Positions 12,721 through 24,720 of a stretch of 64,000 nt of DNA are shown in pieces. A program made the position numbers and the translations under genes. Every line of letters begins with the position of its first letter. Position 1 is the stretch's first letter. This DNA comes from Lama glama (lineage: Eukaryota). A model generated the notes under the pieces. The model did no database searches, was not told where the DNA came from, and saw only the letters and a list, made by a program, of their open reading frames with translations. Location of the stretch: positions 62,436,001 to 62,500,000 of the forward strand of contig CM052816.1 of assembly GCA_028534125.1 (NCBI GenBank), written 5' to 3'.

Positions 12721-12939
12721 TACTAATCAGGTTCATGAATAACGTCAAATTCAGAAAAATTATTTGTGCCTGAGTAAAAGGGGTTAAAATTCAAAGGTGC
12801 TTTGAGAAGCTAAGCTCCTAAGGAAAGACTCCTTGTTTAATGCAGCATCTGTCTAGCAGCCTCAATTATAGCCTCTCTCCATTTTGCCCAACTTTCCACT
12901 AAAAGAAAGAAACAAGATAAAAGGTAAACACATCACCTC

Positions 12940-13220
12940 TAAGAACTGAGACCAATAAGCGATGTGATATTAAGAGTTCTTTTCATGATGTACCCGGGCT
13001 CTGATTCATGAGACAGAGTACACCTAAAAAATAAGTTGTAAGATCGTTCCTCCCATTGCTATTGTGTTCCTGGACCCAGAGCCCCAGAAAATTAGGCAGC
13101 TATCTCTTTATCACAAAGGTGCTAAATTGCCTATCACTGTCGCACTCTCAAAATTCAAATTATTATTCCTCCTTACCAAGTTACTATTTCCTTCAAGGAT
13201 ATTTCCAACAGAAAATGGCC
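12940..13220 (+). pseudogene. Endogenous bornavirus-like matrix element (EBLM) immediately downstream of G
   Basis: One frame reads DIKSSFHDVPGL*FM ~ ELKDKVIVPGWPTLM; FLPLL..TQSPRKLGSYLFI ~ IPFL..LQLPREKKLTDYFTI; SHSQNSNYY ~ GHSLVNIYF. The later part is ORF 13056..13292. Confidence 0.7.
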
Positions 13221-13559
13221 AGGAATTGGAGGGAGGGAGGGAGTGGTCAAAAACTGGTGGTGGCATGTATCCCTTGGGCAACCTGTTACTAAAAAGTAAA
13301 GTACTTCGGGTGAGAGTTGAGACACGTGGGGCTAATTTAGGGGTTGAGGTTCAGAGTGACCCAGGCCCAGACAGTGAGGGTAGGCAATGCTGCTCCTTCG
13401 GGAGCACAGAGGGAACTAAGGAAAGCCTGCAGGAAGCTGAGAGCTCAGCTGGGAGGGGTGCACTCCATTCTGCCCTTCACCCATAGATCTGAGAAGAGGC
13501 ATGAAACATCACCTGGGCAGAATGAGAGCATTAGAGGTCTGTGGGCAAACATCACATCT

Positions 13560-15110
13560 AAGCAGAATTTGTCTTGTCCAAACAGAACAAGAGGGTCCTA
13601 GAATCACCACTGAAACTGGTCTATGGCAAAGTATAGAAAAACATTTTAAGAAGTTGTGTTTCATTCTCATACTGCATTCTCACTAACCTAGTACCTGGAT
13701 ATAAAATTACTATGAAATGGGCATAGAAAAAAGAAAGCAAACACAGAGATCATACAGAGAGACAAGATAGGATATACGGCAAAAAAAAAACAACAACCCC
13801 ATTATCTTCTTGTCCTTCCCCCAAATGTCTAGCTAAATGAATAGCTTAAGTAAACATTCTTCAAAGACAAACAAATGTTTTAAATCTAAGAAGAAACAAA
13901 TAGAATACTTAGTTACAAGATGGGAAATAATTGTTGGGACTAATAATGGTACAAAAAGACCAATGGCCTTGGATAATTCTAAACATTTTAGTGATTTATT
14001 ACTAAATCAAGTCTATCAGCAATGGTACAGATTTAGGGATATGAAAACATACCCTAGTGTGATGTGTTTATTGATCAGGCGGAGTCAGTGTTCATGATTA
14101 GCATTTTAGGATGGATGTTTTGGTAAAGGTAGAAAGAATAATAAAAATGAAAGCAGTTGGGAATATTAGTCCAGAAAACGTAATGTTAAATGGTGATCGA
14201 GTCACTACACAGGGGGTCTGGAGTGGGGACAGGCAGATTTCCCACTATACCTTGGGAATTGGGGCTGGGAAGAAGTAAAGTGGTCTCAGAGCAGAAAGGG
14301 AGAGAGCACAGCCTCACCTGCTTCGGGACTGAAGGTCCCCAGGTGGCAGTGGCAACCGTGGGCTGGCACATGGTGGGGAGGGGGGAGCAGGAGGCTCAAG
14401 GCAGCTGCGGAGTGTCAGAACTACAAGGACTGGGGAGCAAGAGGAGAACAAAAATGGCCACAGGAAAAAGGAAGAGAACTTGTTAATGGAGCAACAGAGC
14501 TTAGGATTTCAGCAGTAAACATCCATCTAGAATGAGATTACGTTCACTTGTGGCTGAAGGCACAAGGGCAATCTATAGTCTATAATTCACTGGAAAACAT
14601 TTTGGTGAAGACAATCTCATGACATTCAGGAAAGCCTGTTCACAGGTTACTCTTTTGAAAGGGCATCTGCGTGGCTGAGCCATGCAGAAATGGATACCTT
14701 ATTTTCAGAAGCACGTTTGCTCAGTATCCATATGCATCAGGAACAAGATTGTTTTCTGTGATATTTTTAACCCCTTGTTTAGTGACACAAAGATTTATTT
14801 TCATTCCTAGCCATTTTCCTAACCAGAAGCATTCATGTAATTTTTTTAAAAGACAACTTCATATTCAGAGAACTTAATAAGAAGTCTATACATTTTCAGA
14901 ATCTATACATTTTTTAATGGTTCCTGATTTTCAGTATTGTAGGTAATCCTGACTCTAATTATAGTTATCTATCTGATCTTCTGAAATCCTATGGGCTGAA
15001 TAAACCTGTAGAAAAATGGCAATTCAGAGATATGCCCTACCTTATTTCTATTAAGTTGCATAATGAAAACATGTTTACTTTCCTCTGTGCCTTCTTGAGT
15101 TAGTTCAGAA
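13560..15110 (+). pseudogene. EBLG-d, decayed G copy with internal deletion and an insertion near 14190-14480
   Basis: TGL..HFKKLC ~ PGL..EIRRLC; ORF 13837 KKKQIEYLV ~ RRDTQQIEYLV (6-residue identity), DLLL and YPSVM ~ SLLL and HPDII; NPMG*I (14985) ~ NPLGWL, followed by a hydrophobic segment. Confidence 0.7.
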
Positions 15111-15149
15111 ATGAGTTTTCAAACTTTAAGATACTTGGAGTGTCCCCTA

Positions 15150-15786
15150 ATGGTGAGTGTGTGGGATTTGGAAGGCCAGTAAGCAGGTGGTAAAAGAATT
15201 TACCAGAGACAAATGAGGGAGATAGTAAAGGAATTTATTAGATATGCTGCTATAGGCAACAGCGAGCCACAGACGAGAGGTGATTAATGTGCCCCAAGGG
15301 TCAGTTGCTGAGGTCTTTTATAAAGCAGGGTAACTTTTAACTCCTTGTACTTATGTGACATCGGGCACAAAGGGCGTCGCAGGGTGTGTGATCAGCAAGT
15401 GCACAATTCTGATTGGTTGATGTTGAGGTAACAGGGAAGGGAGGGAGTCCTGAAAGGGTAGGGCTAGCGATTTTGGTAAGGAGTGTACGGCCAGTCTTGG
15501 TGGTCAGGTTTCTGGGCAGTGTATAGACGGTCATTATCTCAGCTAAGGCAAGTATATATTAGGAAAGGACTGGTCTTTGTTATCTTTAAATGAAAGCAGC
15601 CAGGCACCTGCGGGGCCTTGGAGCAGGAATCTGCCAGATTTATGTGGACCCCATAGTGAGTGCTGGTCCAATAACAATTTAAATCTTCTCTGTCTTCTAA
15701 GATGGAAGGCTGCTCTAATTTGTCCACGACAGCTGGAAATGTGTGAAAACTTTCTATTATAACCCATGCACTACTCCTGGAGTTCA
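15150..15786 (-). mobile_element. ERV solo LTR, same family as 37099-37677
   Basis: The reverse complement closely matches 37099-37677 (for example CAACATCAACCAATCAGAATTGTGCAC and GATTCCTGCTCCAAGGCCCC) and has a CCAAT box, TATA-like box and AATAAA. Confidence 0.85.
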
Positions 15787-16059
15787 TTGTAGCAGTGAGC
15801 TTTAATTATCTTTTCCTTTTTCTCATGTTTTATAGTAATATTGGAGTTCTCACAGGGTTCAGGGTACACATTTCTGAAGCTAATCTTATGAGGGATTCAC
15901 TTAGGGCTCGTGGTGGGTCACAATTCCTTTTAAAAATCTGTTGGGAACTATGGAACATCTATCTTCCCTGAGCAAAAGTGAATAGACATCAATTTTGTAT
16001 ACAATTTTAGAAAGTTCAGAGATCCCTCTGCCCAGTCATGAAAGAGTTTCAAATCTAGT

Positions 16060-16900
16060 CCAATTCCTTATTTTGTGTTTAGAAAACAGTTTAGCATATG
16101 GAAAAAGGTTTATTCAAAGGGGAGCTTATTAACAATTATGTTGAAATGAGCTTAATCTCAGTTTTCCTTAAATTAAAAGTACTTTTTTCTCTCATCCAAT
16201 GACTTTTGAACCATTTAGACAATTGATTGGAGCTAGCCGTATTTTGTCTTGGTCAATATATGTGTTTGACTGAGGCAGACTGATCACCCTCCCCACCCCC
16301 AAGTTGGACAGGGAGGTTGTGCACATGGGAGGGAGTCAACATCATGCAGTATCATCTAAGCCATCACACTTGTATTTCTGAATGGTTTCTGAAGTTAGCT
16401 TCCACTCCTTTAAATATTCCTTTAATTGGAAATAAATGCTGTCCATGAATCAAGAGGTTAAAAGCTACTACGCTTACTGATTCAAAGCAACTTCCTTTTG
16501 CAACCCCGAACCCTAATCTTGCACCAGCATCTACTCATAGGGCTTTCATCTTCCTTCCTTTGTTTAGGTGAATATTTTATGCTTGCCATGTCTGTCATAC
16601 TTCGTGGTTAGATTCTCCTATCTTGATTTCCCTCTCCAAGTGATGGGCCGACCACCCTGCTATAGTTGCTACATACTGTGAATTCTCTCTACATTTGCAG
16701 CCATTGCTATTTAAGAATTCTCTAATCACTAGCCAATCCTTTTTGCTATATCCCTTTCTCTAGTTACCATAACAACAGAAGAGCTGGTCAAAAATTCATC
16801 ATCCAGTCTCTTTATAAGCCAGGCAGAGGCTTTCCAGAAATACCGGTTCAGTTTTAAAGGAGTCATTTCAAGGAATGACAAGAGCAATAGATGATTTTCA
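16060..16900 (+). pseudogene. EBLL-b, polymerase fragment from motif E into the capping region
   Basis: YGKR/LFKG (16097) ~ YGKKLFFRG; PSWTGRL ~ PSIGGL; LTDSKQL ~ VTDPTSL; HPAIVATYCEFS ~ RPRDMSALFALS. Collinear but very divergent. Confidence 0.55.
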
Positions 16901-16909
16901 ACTAGAAAG

Positions 16910-19430
16910 TTCATAGAATACATCACAGACTTGGATTGGAAAAGGCCTTAGATTTCATTTACTCCCTCTTCCTGCCAATTCAGGGAAAAACCTGTATTAT
17001 ATCATTTGAAGGTGGCCATCTGACCTTGGCCTGAAAACTTCTCATGATAGACATCCTTGCTTTTTGGTGCAGCCTAATCATTGTCGACAGCTTTAAAAAT
17101 TATAAAATGCTTTTGTGTTGAATAGAAATATGCTTCCCACTAACTTCTATATATTAGTTCTTCTTACATCAAGGGAGACTTCACAAAATAAGCTGGGTCT
17201 ATTTATTTGTTATTCATTCAAATATTTGAAGACAAGTATTATTGAAGCAAACATCTCTATTTTTGCCTGCCCAGGGTCCATTTCCCTTTCTTCTCATAAT
17301 AATCCATTTTCAAATGGGAAATCATCTTCATGCTGTTCTCCACTGATGGGGTCTACCATGGAGTGAAAGCTTTCTTTTCCACACCCTCTAGGATGTGCAT
17401 GTAATAGAGACCCTCTCACTCAGCATATTCCATTCCCCTGGTCACAGTCATTATCTCAATCCTAGGCTGGTTATCCAAACTGGTTCAGGACAATTCTACA
17501 CTGGGAATTTTATGGAAACTACTGGAGAAGAGAAGTTCTCCATCTTTTGGTGCTGCAGCTAGAATATGAGCTCATGGCATGTGGAGAGAGTCCTCCTGAG
17601 AATGAGGGTGATCCAAGAAAGCAGGAAAAGCTGCAAAGCCCTGATCATACACACTGTCAGAGCACCTGGAGCCAGCCCACACCTTAAGCTATGCTACTTC
17701 TTGAACTTCCAGGTACATGAGCCAGAAAATTGTGCTTAAACAGTTTGAGGTGAGTTTCTGTTACCTGCCCCGAAAGAGCCTTGAATAATACAATTATATT
17801 TTTGTGGGTCTTATCTTTTCTATAAAATTCTATGGCTTGACTGTCAAGACAGTTTCATCTCTGAGTCATACTATGCTATATGTGCTCTCAATTGTTTCCG
17901 TGAAAATGGGGCACTTAGAACGGAGCATAATACTTTAGATGAGAATAAAATGCACTAGTGTGGAATACAGTCTAACATTTTCCTTCCTGTTTATGCCCTC
18001 CCTTGTCAGTTTTCACTGACTGAGGCCTCGATTGCCTTCAACCTCTTTCCTTCCATTTTCTTGTAGCTTGCCATCCTGTTGGCTTAGACAACATCTCAAT
18101 TTCTTAGGGCTTTTTCACACAAACTTGAATTAGAGTATGCCTTGCCTTTCCATCTCTTCACCTTCACTTCCAGCACTTCCCCAAGCTACAGACACATATC
18201 CACCTACCTGGTCTATTGAAACAGTTTTGAATTTTCTCTTGAGAGAGTAACTCAGTCTCTCAGAGGTTCAGTTTGCTTTACTGTAAAATTGTGCAGTATT
18301 TCTTAGGATGCTTTTGATTGTAGATATTAGAAACTCCAAATTAAAATGGCTAATTAATGAGGATATATTATCCATAGCAAGAAGTCTGGAGATGAGACAA
18401 TTTAAGTTTTGGTAAATTTGGTGGCTAAGTGGTGTCATGGAGACCCAGGCTCCTTCCTCCCATCTTGCCACATTCAGTGTCTTCTCAGGCTAATTCCCTT
18501 CACGACTTCAAGATGGTTGCCGCAGTTCCACGCATCACAGTCGAAAATGCCCACCAGCAGAAGGGGGACTTCATCTTCCCAGAAAGTTCTTCCAAAGAAA
18601 GAAGAAAATGTTTCCTGGAAGTCCTTCAGATTTCCACTCATGTCTCGTTGTTCAGGGGTCTATCATAGGACCATGTTTAAACCAGGCCCTGGCAAGGAGT
18701 ATGGGATAATCAGATTGGCTCAGACCAGTGGTCTCAAACCAAGTATGTGTCAGAATAACCTGTAGCACTTGTTAAAACACAGATTTGGCTCCCCCCCTAG
18801 AGTTTCTGATTCAGAAGGTCTGATGTGGGGCCCAACAATTTCCTTTTCTAACAAATTCCCAGATGTCATTGGTTGAGACCACAGGTAAAAAGCCACTGGC
18901 TGAAACAAACATTATACACCTGGGACTGGAGTTGAGGTTGGAGCCCATACTGGGCAGGTGTTTTCCCTCAGAACTTTGTTATTAAGAAAAGAAAGGTAGG
19001 TAATCACAGATGTCCTGGTATGGGAGCTGTAATCTCAGACTCGAAGGACCATCCTGTTGGTTACAGATGATGCACAGAAACTGCTCATCACTGTATATTC
19101 AGTAGCTGTAGCTCCTACTATCATTGTTACTGTTACTATTCATTCTGCTATACATAGACATTGTATTTATAAACTCTTTCAAATTTACTTGAAAATTTGA
19201 TAAGTATGCTCTTCCATCATTATTCAGGTCATTGATAGTACACCGAACAGACCAAAGGCAGATAGAGAATTCTGAAAATCACAGGAGAGATTTCCCTGAT
19301 CACTGACATCAGTCCACTAGACAAAATGCTTATGATTTGGTTCTTAAATGGTTTCACTTTGTTGAACTGTCATTTAGCCTAATTCTTTCATCTTATCCAA
19401 AAGTGTATCTTGAGAGACTATAAAATAATT
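16910..19430 (-). mobile_element. L3/CR1 LINE fragments with nested MLT1 and MER5 elements
   Basis: CR1-type 3' end CATAGAAT...TTGGAAAAGGCCTTAG at 16910, further CR1-like text at 17790-18000 and 19140-19430, LTR-like 17250-17790 and 18290-18720, MER5A 18725-18900. Confidence 0.65.
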
Positions 19431-19439
19431 TTACAGTTT

Positions 19440-21230
19440 CAAGTTTTCTTCTACATCTCTATGGAAAAAAATATAGAATAAACAATATGTCCTGGCATTT
19501 TATTAATAATATTATCTAACCTTTTCTTACTGAAGTATACTCAATTTGTAATGCTGTGTCAATATTTCTGGTATCTAACCTTTTTATAAAGTGTTTATCC
19601 TGTGTCAGATACTGTTCAAACTGTTTTATTTGGGTGGGTACTATTATTATCCCTTTCACAGAGGAGAAAACGAAGGCACAAAGAAGTTAAATGGCTTGCT
19701 CAAATGCAACTTGTAAATGGAGGTAAAAGTATTCCAACCTACCCTAATGTAATCTCTGCTAATAGGCACCACCACACATACAGTGCAATCTCAGGAGATG
19801 GTCATGATCATAATCCAGCAATACAGCTGGTGCCTACAAAGTTCTCACACACATATACACATATATACACATCTGCCTTATTCATTACAGCTTTTAAATG
19901 TTATACATTTTAGTAAGAAAAACGTTCTAGTTCTTTAAAAATTGTTCATAAAGTCAAGATGCATAGGACAAGCTTTATGTATCAGCGCTCAGTGAATCAC
20001 TGTACTGAAAGGGTCACCATGATGGATAACAGAGCTATTGCACATGGAAAAGTGTATTGATTATTGTATTGCCTAATTAACACTTTAATAAACATTTAGA
20101 GTAGAAATATTTTTGCAAAAATTTTTGCCGAGTTTGACAATGGATTAGAATTAGAGCAAAATAGTAGTGGATGGTAACTGTGAGAACAGGGCTTTGCATT
20201 ACACTCATTTAATTTGATGCCTAGACATTGTCTCGATTCTGTCCTATTTGTTACAGATCAGTTCTGATGATTAATCTTTAAGTGACTAAAACTACCAACC
20301 AAATTTTTTAAAAAAGTTCTTTATTTGAAGTTAGGGCCAATCTTCAGTGTTCGGGTCCCTTGGCTCTGTTTTGATGACTTTTCTGTGTCTGGCCTCTAAT
20401 TGAACTTATTTTGTCTCCTGATCATTAGTTTTTTCTTTGCAACTTGGCTGGGAGGCTTGCATCTTTAGGGAGGAAACTAATCAGTACTTTGTGAACTCCC
20501 CGGATTTACCTGGCCATGAATTTTAGCAAATCTAGGGCAGCTTGGCAGAAGGGTTGGGCACGGCTGGATGTCATTTTGTTTCTCTGTCACATTGTGTTAG
20601 GTCTGTTGCACCAGCAGGTGTCATACTGGCCTGCACTTTCCCACAGAAATACATTAAGTAAAAATTCAGAATCATTTCCTGTTCTATAAACTCTGAAAGT
20701 GGAGCACTAGCCTCAAACATTCTGCCGCAAAGAAGCAGTGAGTTGTGGTATCTTAATTATGAATGCATCAAATACGGAGGCCTTTTCCCCCACCCAGGTC
20801 TCTCATGGAAAATGCACACAGTGCTAGGGTTGCTCATCTAGGCAGCTGGTCTGCTTTTTTTTTTTTAAGGGGTCAGGAACATAGGTATTAAGTGAGTCTC
20901 CCTTTGCTGTTCTAGGACTGAGGTTCCTTCCTAAAGGGAGCAAGCATTTGATTCTATGGTTCTCAATCTTGAGTGCCCATCAGAGTCACTGAGAGGAATG
21001 GTTCTATCAGAGATTCCTGCACCCACGCCCACCACCACCCCAGAAATTCTGATTTTGCATTTCTAGTGAGCTCCCAGGTGATGCTGGGAGCAGATTTTGA
21101 GAGACCCTGCTTTAATTTAAGGCTTTGTTTTCACTTGGCAGACTCAGCCCGTTGGATCTGTTAAGTTTGCCCTGTTTCCTTCTTCACTTTGAATGGCTCA
21201 GCACTTGTAGCTCACATTCAGAAGACTTCT
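19440..21230 (+). pseudogene. EBLL-c, RdRp catalytic core (motifs A-D) and downstream region
   Basis: KFSHT ~ RLSHT; LIHYSF/CYTF ~ NLDYSSWCNGF; one frame KVY*LLYC...AKIFAEFDNG (DN at 20136-20141)...SFNLMPRHCLDS ~ KLWTILTSC...FNILGQGDNQ...GHNLKVEECWVS; LYLKL ~ LYSKL; VPWL, LIEL, LGGL; HSARVA ~ HSSRIA; LSPLDLLS ~ LRPRDMS. Split by MIR (19580-19760) and MER5 (20955-21112). Confidence 0.85.
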
Positions 21231-21324
21231 TAAAAATAAAGGCATGGGGAAAACGGCCACACTTCAGGTATTCTAAGTTAAGGTTTTTAGATGCAAGTAA
21301 CAGAAATGATTTGAGCTAACTTGG

Positions 21325-23200
21325 TGTAGTAGATACTATGGGCTCCCAGCCAGATCCCCTTTTCCAGCCAGTGAACTTCTTCCCTAATAGCTGCAAGGGC
21401 TGTGGGTGACGGCTTGCAGCTGTGACGTCTTCGGAGAATTGCCTTTGACCAGTAACAGCTGCCTCTCTCAGAGATGGCTAAGAAGTTTCACACCCCCCTC
21501 CCCTTCTTGGGCTAGTCATATATCTTGGGTTAAGCAAAATACATGAAGAATCATTCCATCTGTTTCTTTTTACACAAGTAGCTCACATTATATTTCAGTT
21601 GGGTCACACTGGTCTAGAGCCTCCATAGCTGTATGGTCAGGCCAAAGCCAGACTCTTCTTGAGCCCATATTTATTTCCTGAAGAAATCAGTGTTGGATGA
21701 GTAGAAGGCTGAGGCCAGCTGTGTAACAGTAAGTCATGACTCCTTAGCCAGTTTCAGTGCCTGAACCCATTTCTGCACCCAGAACCCATCAACTAAAGGG
21801 GAGGCTCTTCCCACAGGGAAGGACCCTGTGACACTATGACAGAAGTGTACAGGAATCTAGACACTTGATCTTCCTAGTCCTCTGCCAAACAACACTTTGA
21901 ACCACTTATAGGGTAAAGATAAACCAGGGAAAAGAGGATACTTATACCTTTGAAGGCTGTTGGACACAGGGACCAAATTAACACTGATACTCGGGAACTC
22001 AAAGCACTATCACCGACCTCCTGTTAGAACAGGGACCTATCAAGGCCCAGTAATAAAAGGACCTCTCATCCACATCTATCTCGCAGGGGGTCCATTCGGC
22101 CCACAGACCCACCTGGTGGTCATGTCTTTAGTTCCTAAACACACTCATAATGGAACCTTCGCATTTGTTCTTTGGCCCATTAAATCCAAGCTATACTAGC
22201 ATGAGAGGCCAAGTAAAAACTCCGAGGCTGTCCCTACCCTACCCCTGCCAATATAGTGAGTCAAATTATAATTCACCTCAGGAAAAATTACAGAGATTGG
22301 CGTCGCACTCAAAGACTTAAAGGATGCAAGGATGGTGATCGCAAACGTATCTCCATTTAAATTACTGGTCTGACGTTTGCAAAAACTGGATGGATCATGA
22401 TGTATGTGAGTGGATTACTACACACCTAACTAAGGAGTAGCCCTGGTTGAAGTCTCTAGTAGATTGTAGAAGTCTGTGGTATATTGTAGCTGTTGATCTT
22501 CTGAATGCATTCTTCCATATCCTTCAGAAAGAATAAGAAGTGATTTATCTTCACACTGAACAGCCAACAGTGTACACTACAGTCTATTTCCAGGTGAATG
22601 TTAATTCTTCCACCCTCTGTGCAACATAATCTGAAGGGAACAGGGCAGGCTGGACACCCTGTGGGACACTACCTTCGTTCAACATATTGATGGCAATATG
22701 TTAAACACTCCTCATGGTCAAAAAACTGTAAGTCCTCAGAATGCCTCGGTAAAACATAGGTATACCAGGAGGGAAGAGATCCACGCCACAAAAATTCAGG
22801 GGTCTGCCACACTGATGAAGATGTTAGGGGGCTGGTGAACTGAAGTATGTGGACATATCCTCTCGTAGGGAAAGGACAAGATGTTGCACCCTGTACCTCC
22901 CACCATTAACAGAGAAGCAAAATGTCTGGTGATTTTTTTGGTGTTTTGAGGTAGCACTTGGGAATACAAGGATGCAAGGATGGCACGTCCTTGCATCATC
23001 ACAGCTATGACCATTTTGAGGGGGAAGTGAATGTCTGCTAGTTTTGAGCAGAGTCCAGAAGAAGAAAAGACTCTAGCAGATATGGGCTGAGTCATTTGCA
23101 TGATGGTATTAGAGGTATCTGTGGTAGAAGAAGAGGCCACGAGTAAAGTCCCACCAGGAAAATCATAGAGCAGAGCCCTAGAATTTAAAAACAAGGCTAT
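21325..23200 (+). mobile_element. ERV-L remnant: LTR plus protease/RT
   Basis: LDTGTKLTLI protease motif (21960), RT motifs VDY, VDLLNAFFHI and HIDGNML, all decayed. An MLT1 fragment follows at 23205-23370. Confidence 0.8.
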
Positions 23201-24255
23201 GTACCTTTGATCCTCCAGAAAGGAATGCAGTTCTGGCAACACCTTGATTTTAGCCTGATGAGACCATGTTGGATGTGTGACCTACAGAAATGTAAAATAA
23301 TAAATCTGTATTGTTAAACCATGAAGATTGTGGTTGTTTGTTAATGTAGTCTGCAGATAACAAATACAGTGGACTTTTCTGGTCTTCATCACCTCCTCTT
23401 CTAATTAGGAACAACACTAGCTTCCTTTCCTATGGAGAACAAAATGAGATGCCACATGGGATAGTGCCTGGAAAACTTTAAAATGCTGGGCAAACAATAG
23501 GTATTATTAGATTTAGAAGCAGTTGAAGTGGCAGTCTCAGGAGAGGTCTTGCTGGTGCAAATAGGCAATTACACTGATTGTTGCTAATGCTTGAAAATGC
23601 AATAAGGTAAAGGAAATACATTATTTAAAAGTCTGTTTTGCTACCCCAACATTTGACAATATCTAAGCCTAATGAGGTCACGAGAGTAAGCAGAGAAAAC
23701 TCAGTTAGTAAAGATTATATACTTGTCACAATAGGAGTAGAAGACAGAACTGGACCATCGCTATTTTAATAAAGCTCTTGGCCTGATAGAACGAAAAGCT
23801 AATTAACATATGATACCTAAAAACCAGATAGCTGCCTGCAACTCCATTTTACTTTATTGAGTCTGATTTGGTTATGCTGATCCTCAAGCATCAAGAGCTG
23901 CTTGGTATTACCAGTCTCTTAGCCCTGATTTCTTAATCAGCAAAGTAATGCAAAATAGCTGCTTATTTCTTGCACACGGTTAATTATGCCGGCTCATTTA
24001 TTTTGGAAGGGACCACAGAGCTTACTTAGGAAGGTGGACAGGCCGCCTCTTCACTTTGGGGGATAATTATTTCCAAAGAAACTTTTAAAATATAGGCCAG
24101 TTTGTTCTGATTTTTTTTTAAAGACAGACCTAGATGGTTGAGCATCATAGTCAGGGAATATTTATTGCAAGGAAGCTATTCCAGTTAGTTTCGGTGAAAA
24201 GAGATTAATTTTAAGGATTGCACAGGCAACCTCAAGGGTATAAACACGGAAATAC

Positions 24256-24720
24256 TTGTGGGTTTGTGAAACCAGGAACTGGGAAGCCAGAAACAATGAC
24301 TTCTTCATCTACTTTTTGTGTGGTTTTGGCCTTTTGCTTCTGCTTGTTTCTAAGTGCTTGCTCCTTCCTTTTTGCTTCTCACTGCAGATCTCCTTTCTCT
24401 GCTTAGTTGTCTGTATGCATGTCGCTAAAAATGACTATGCCAGGCCAGCCTCTATGGGTATTGAGTTCAACCGACATAGCACTGTATTTTCCCATATCAC
24501 TTCTTAGTTTAATTTAAGTATAGAGAATATGGTTGATTACTAGATGGTCAGAGAACTGGATGCTTAAAGTCTGGTGCATACTCCTAGTTCAATGAGCTGT
24601 GGTGCTGAGGTCACATGGTATACATTTGGCTGCGGTGGCCTGCAACTTCTACCAGGTAGCTCCCAGAGAAAAGGGGTGTGGGACACAACACATGTCTCTT
24701 ACACTTACTCACACTTAAAG
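24256..24720. mobile_element. MaLR (MLT1-like) LTR inserted in EBLL-d
   Basis: LTR-like text GAAACCAGGAACTGGGAAGCC...GGTCACATGGTATACATTTGGCTGC. Viral homology stops at its start and resumes at its end. Confidence 0.6.

Larger units (their letters stand above)
10690..12930 (+). pseudogene. Near full-length EBLG (EBLG-c), split by two MLT1 LTRs
   Basis: NCTISI..CQ..GCFSAF ~ NHTTISL..CK..GFFGSY; GYCYNS ~ FYCCSA; FQSG ~ LESG; basic RRQIR at the furin-site position then HLV and C/EILQ (11430) ~ RRRR..YLV..CEILQ; RVWF (12167) ~ RVMWF; hydrophobic segment plus basic tail CSICLAASIIASLHFAQLSTKRKKQDKR* ending near 12927. Confidence 0.8.

Noticed and set aside
15790..15900. Possible second M fragment after EBLG-d
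   Set aside because: Only a weak resemblance (LTGFRVHISEANL), too short to support.
2940..21230. EBLL-a and EBLL-c as one L gene split by a 15 kb insertion
   Set aside because: The protein coordinates are nearly contiguous, but the interval holds many other N, G, M and L copies, so separate insertions are at least as likely. Not resolvable by eye.
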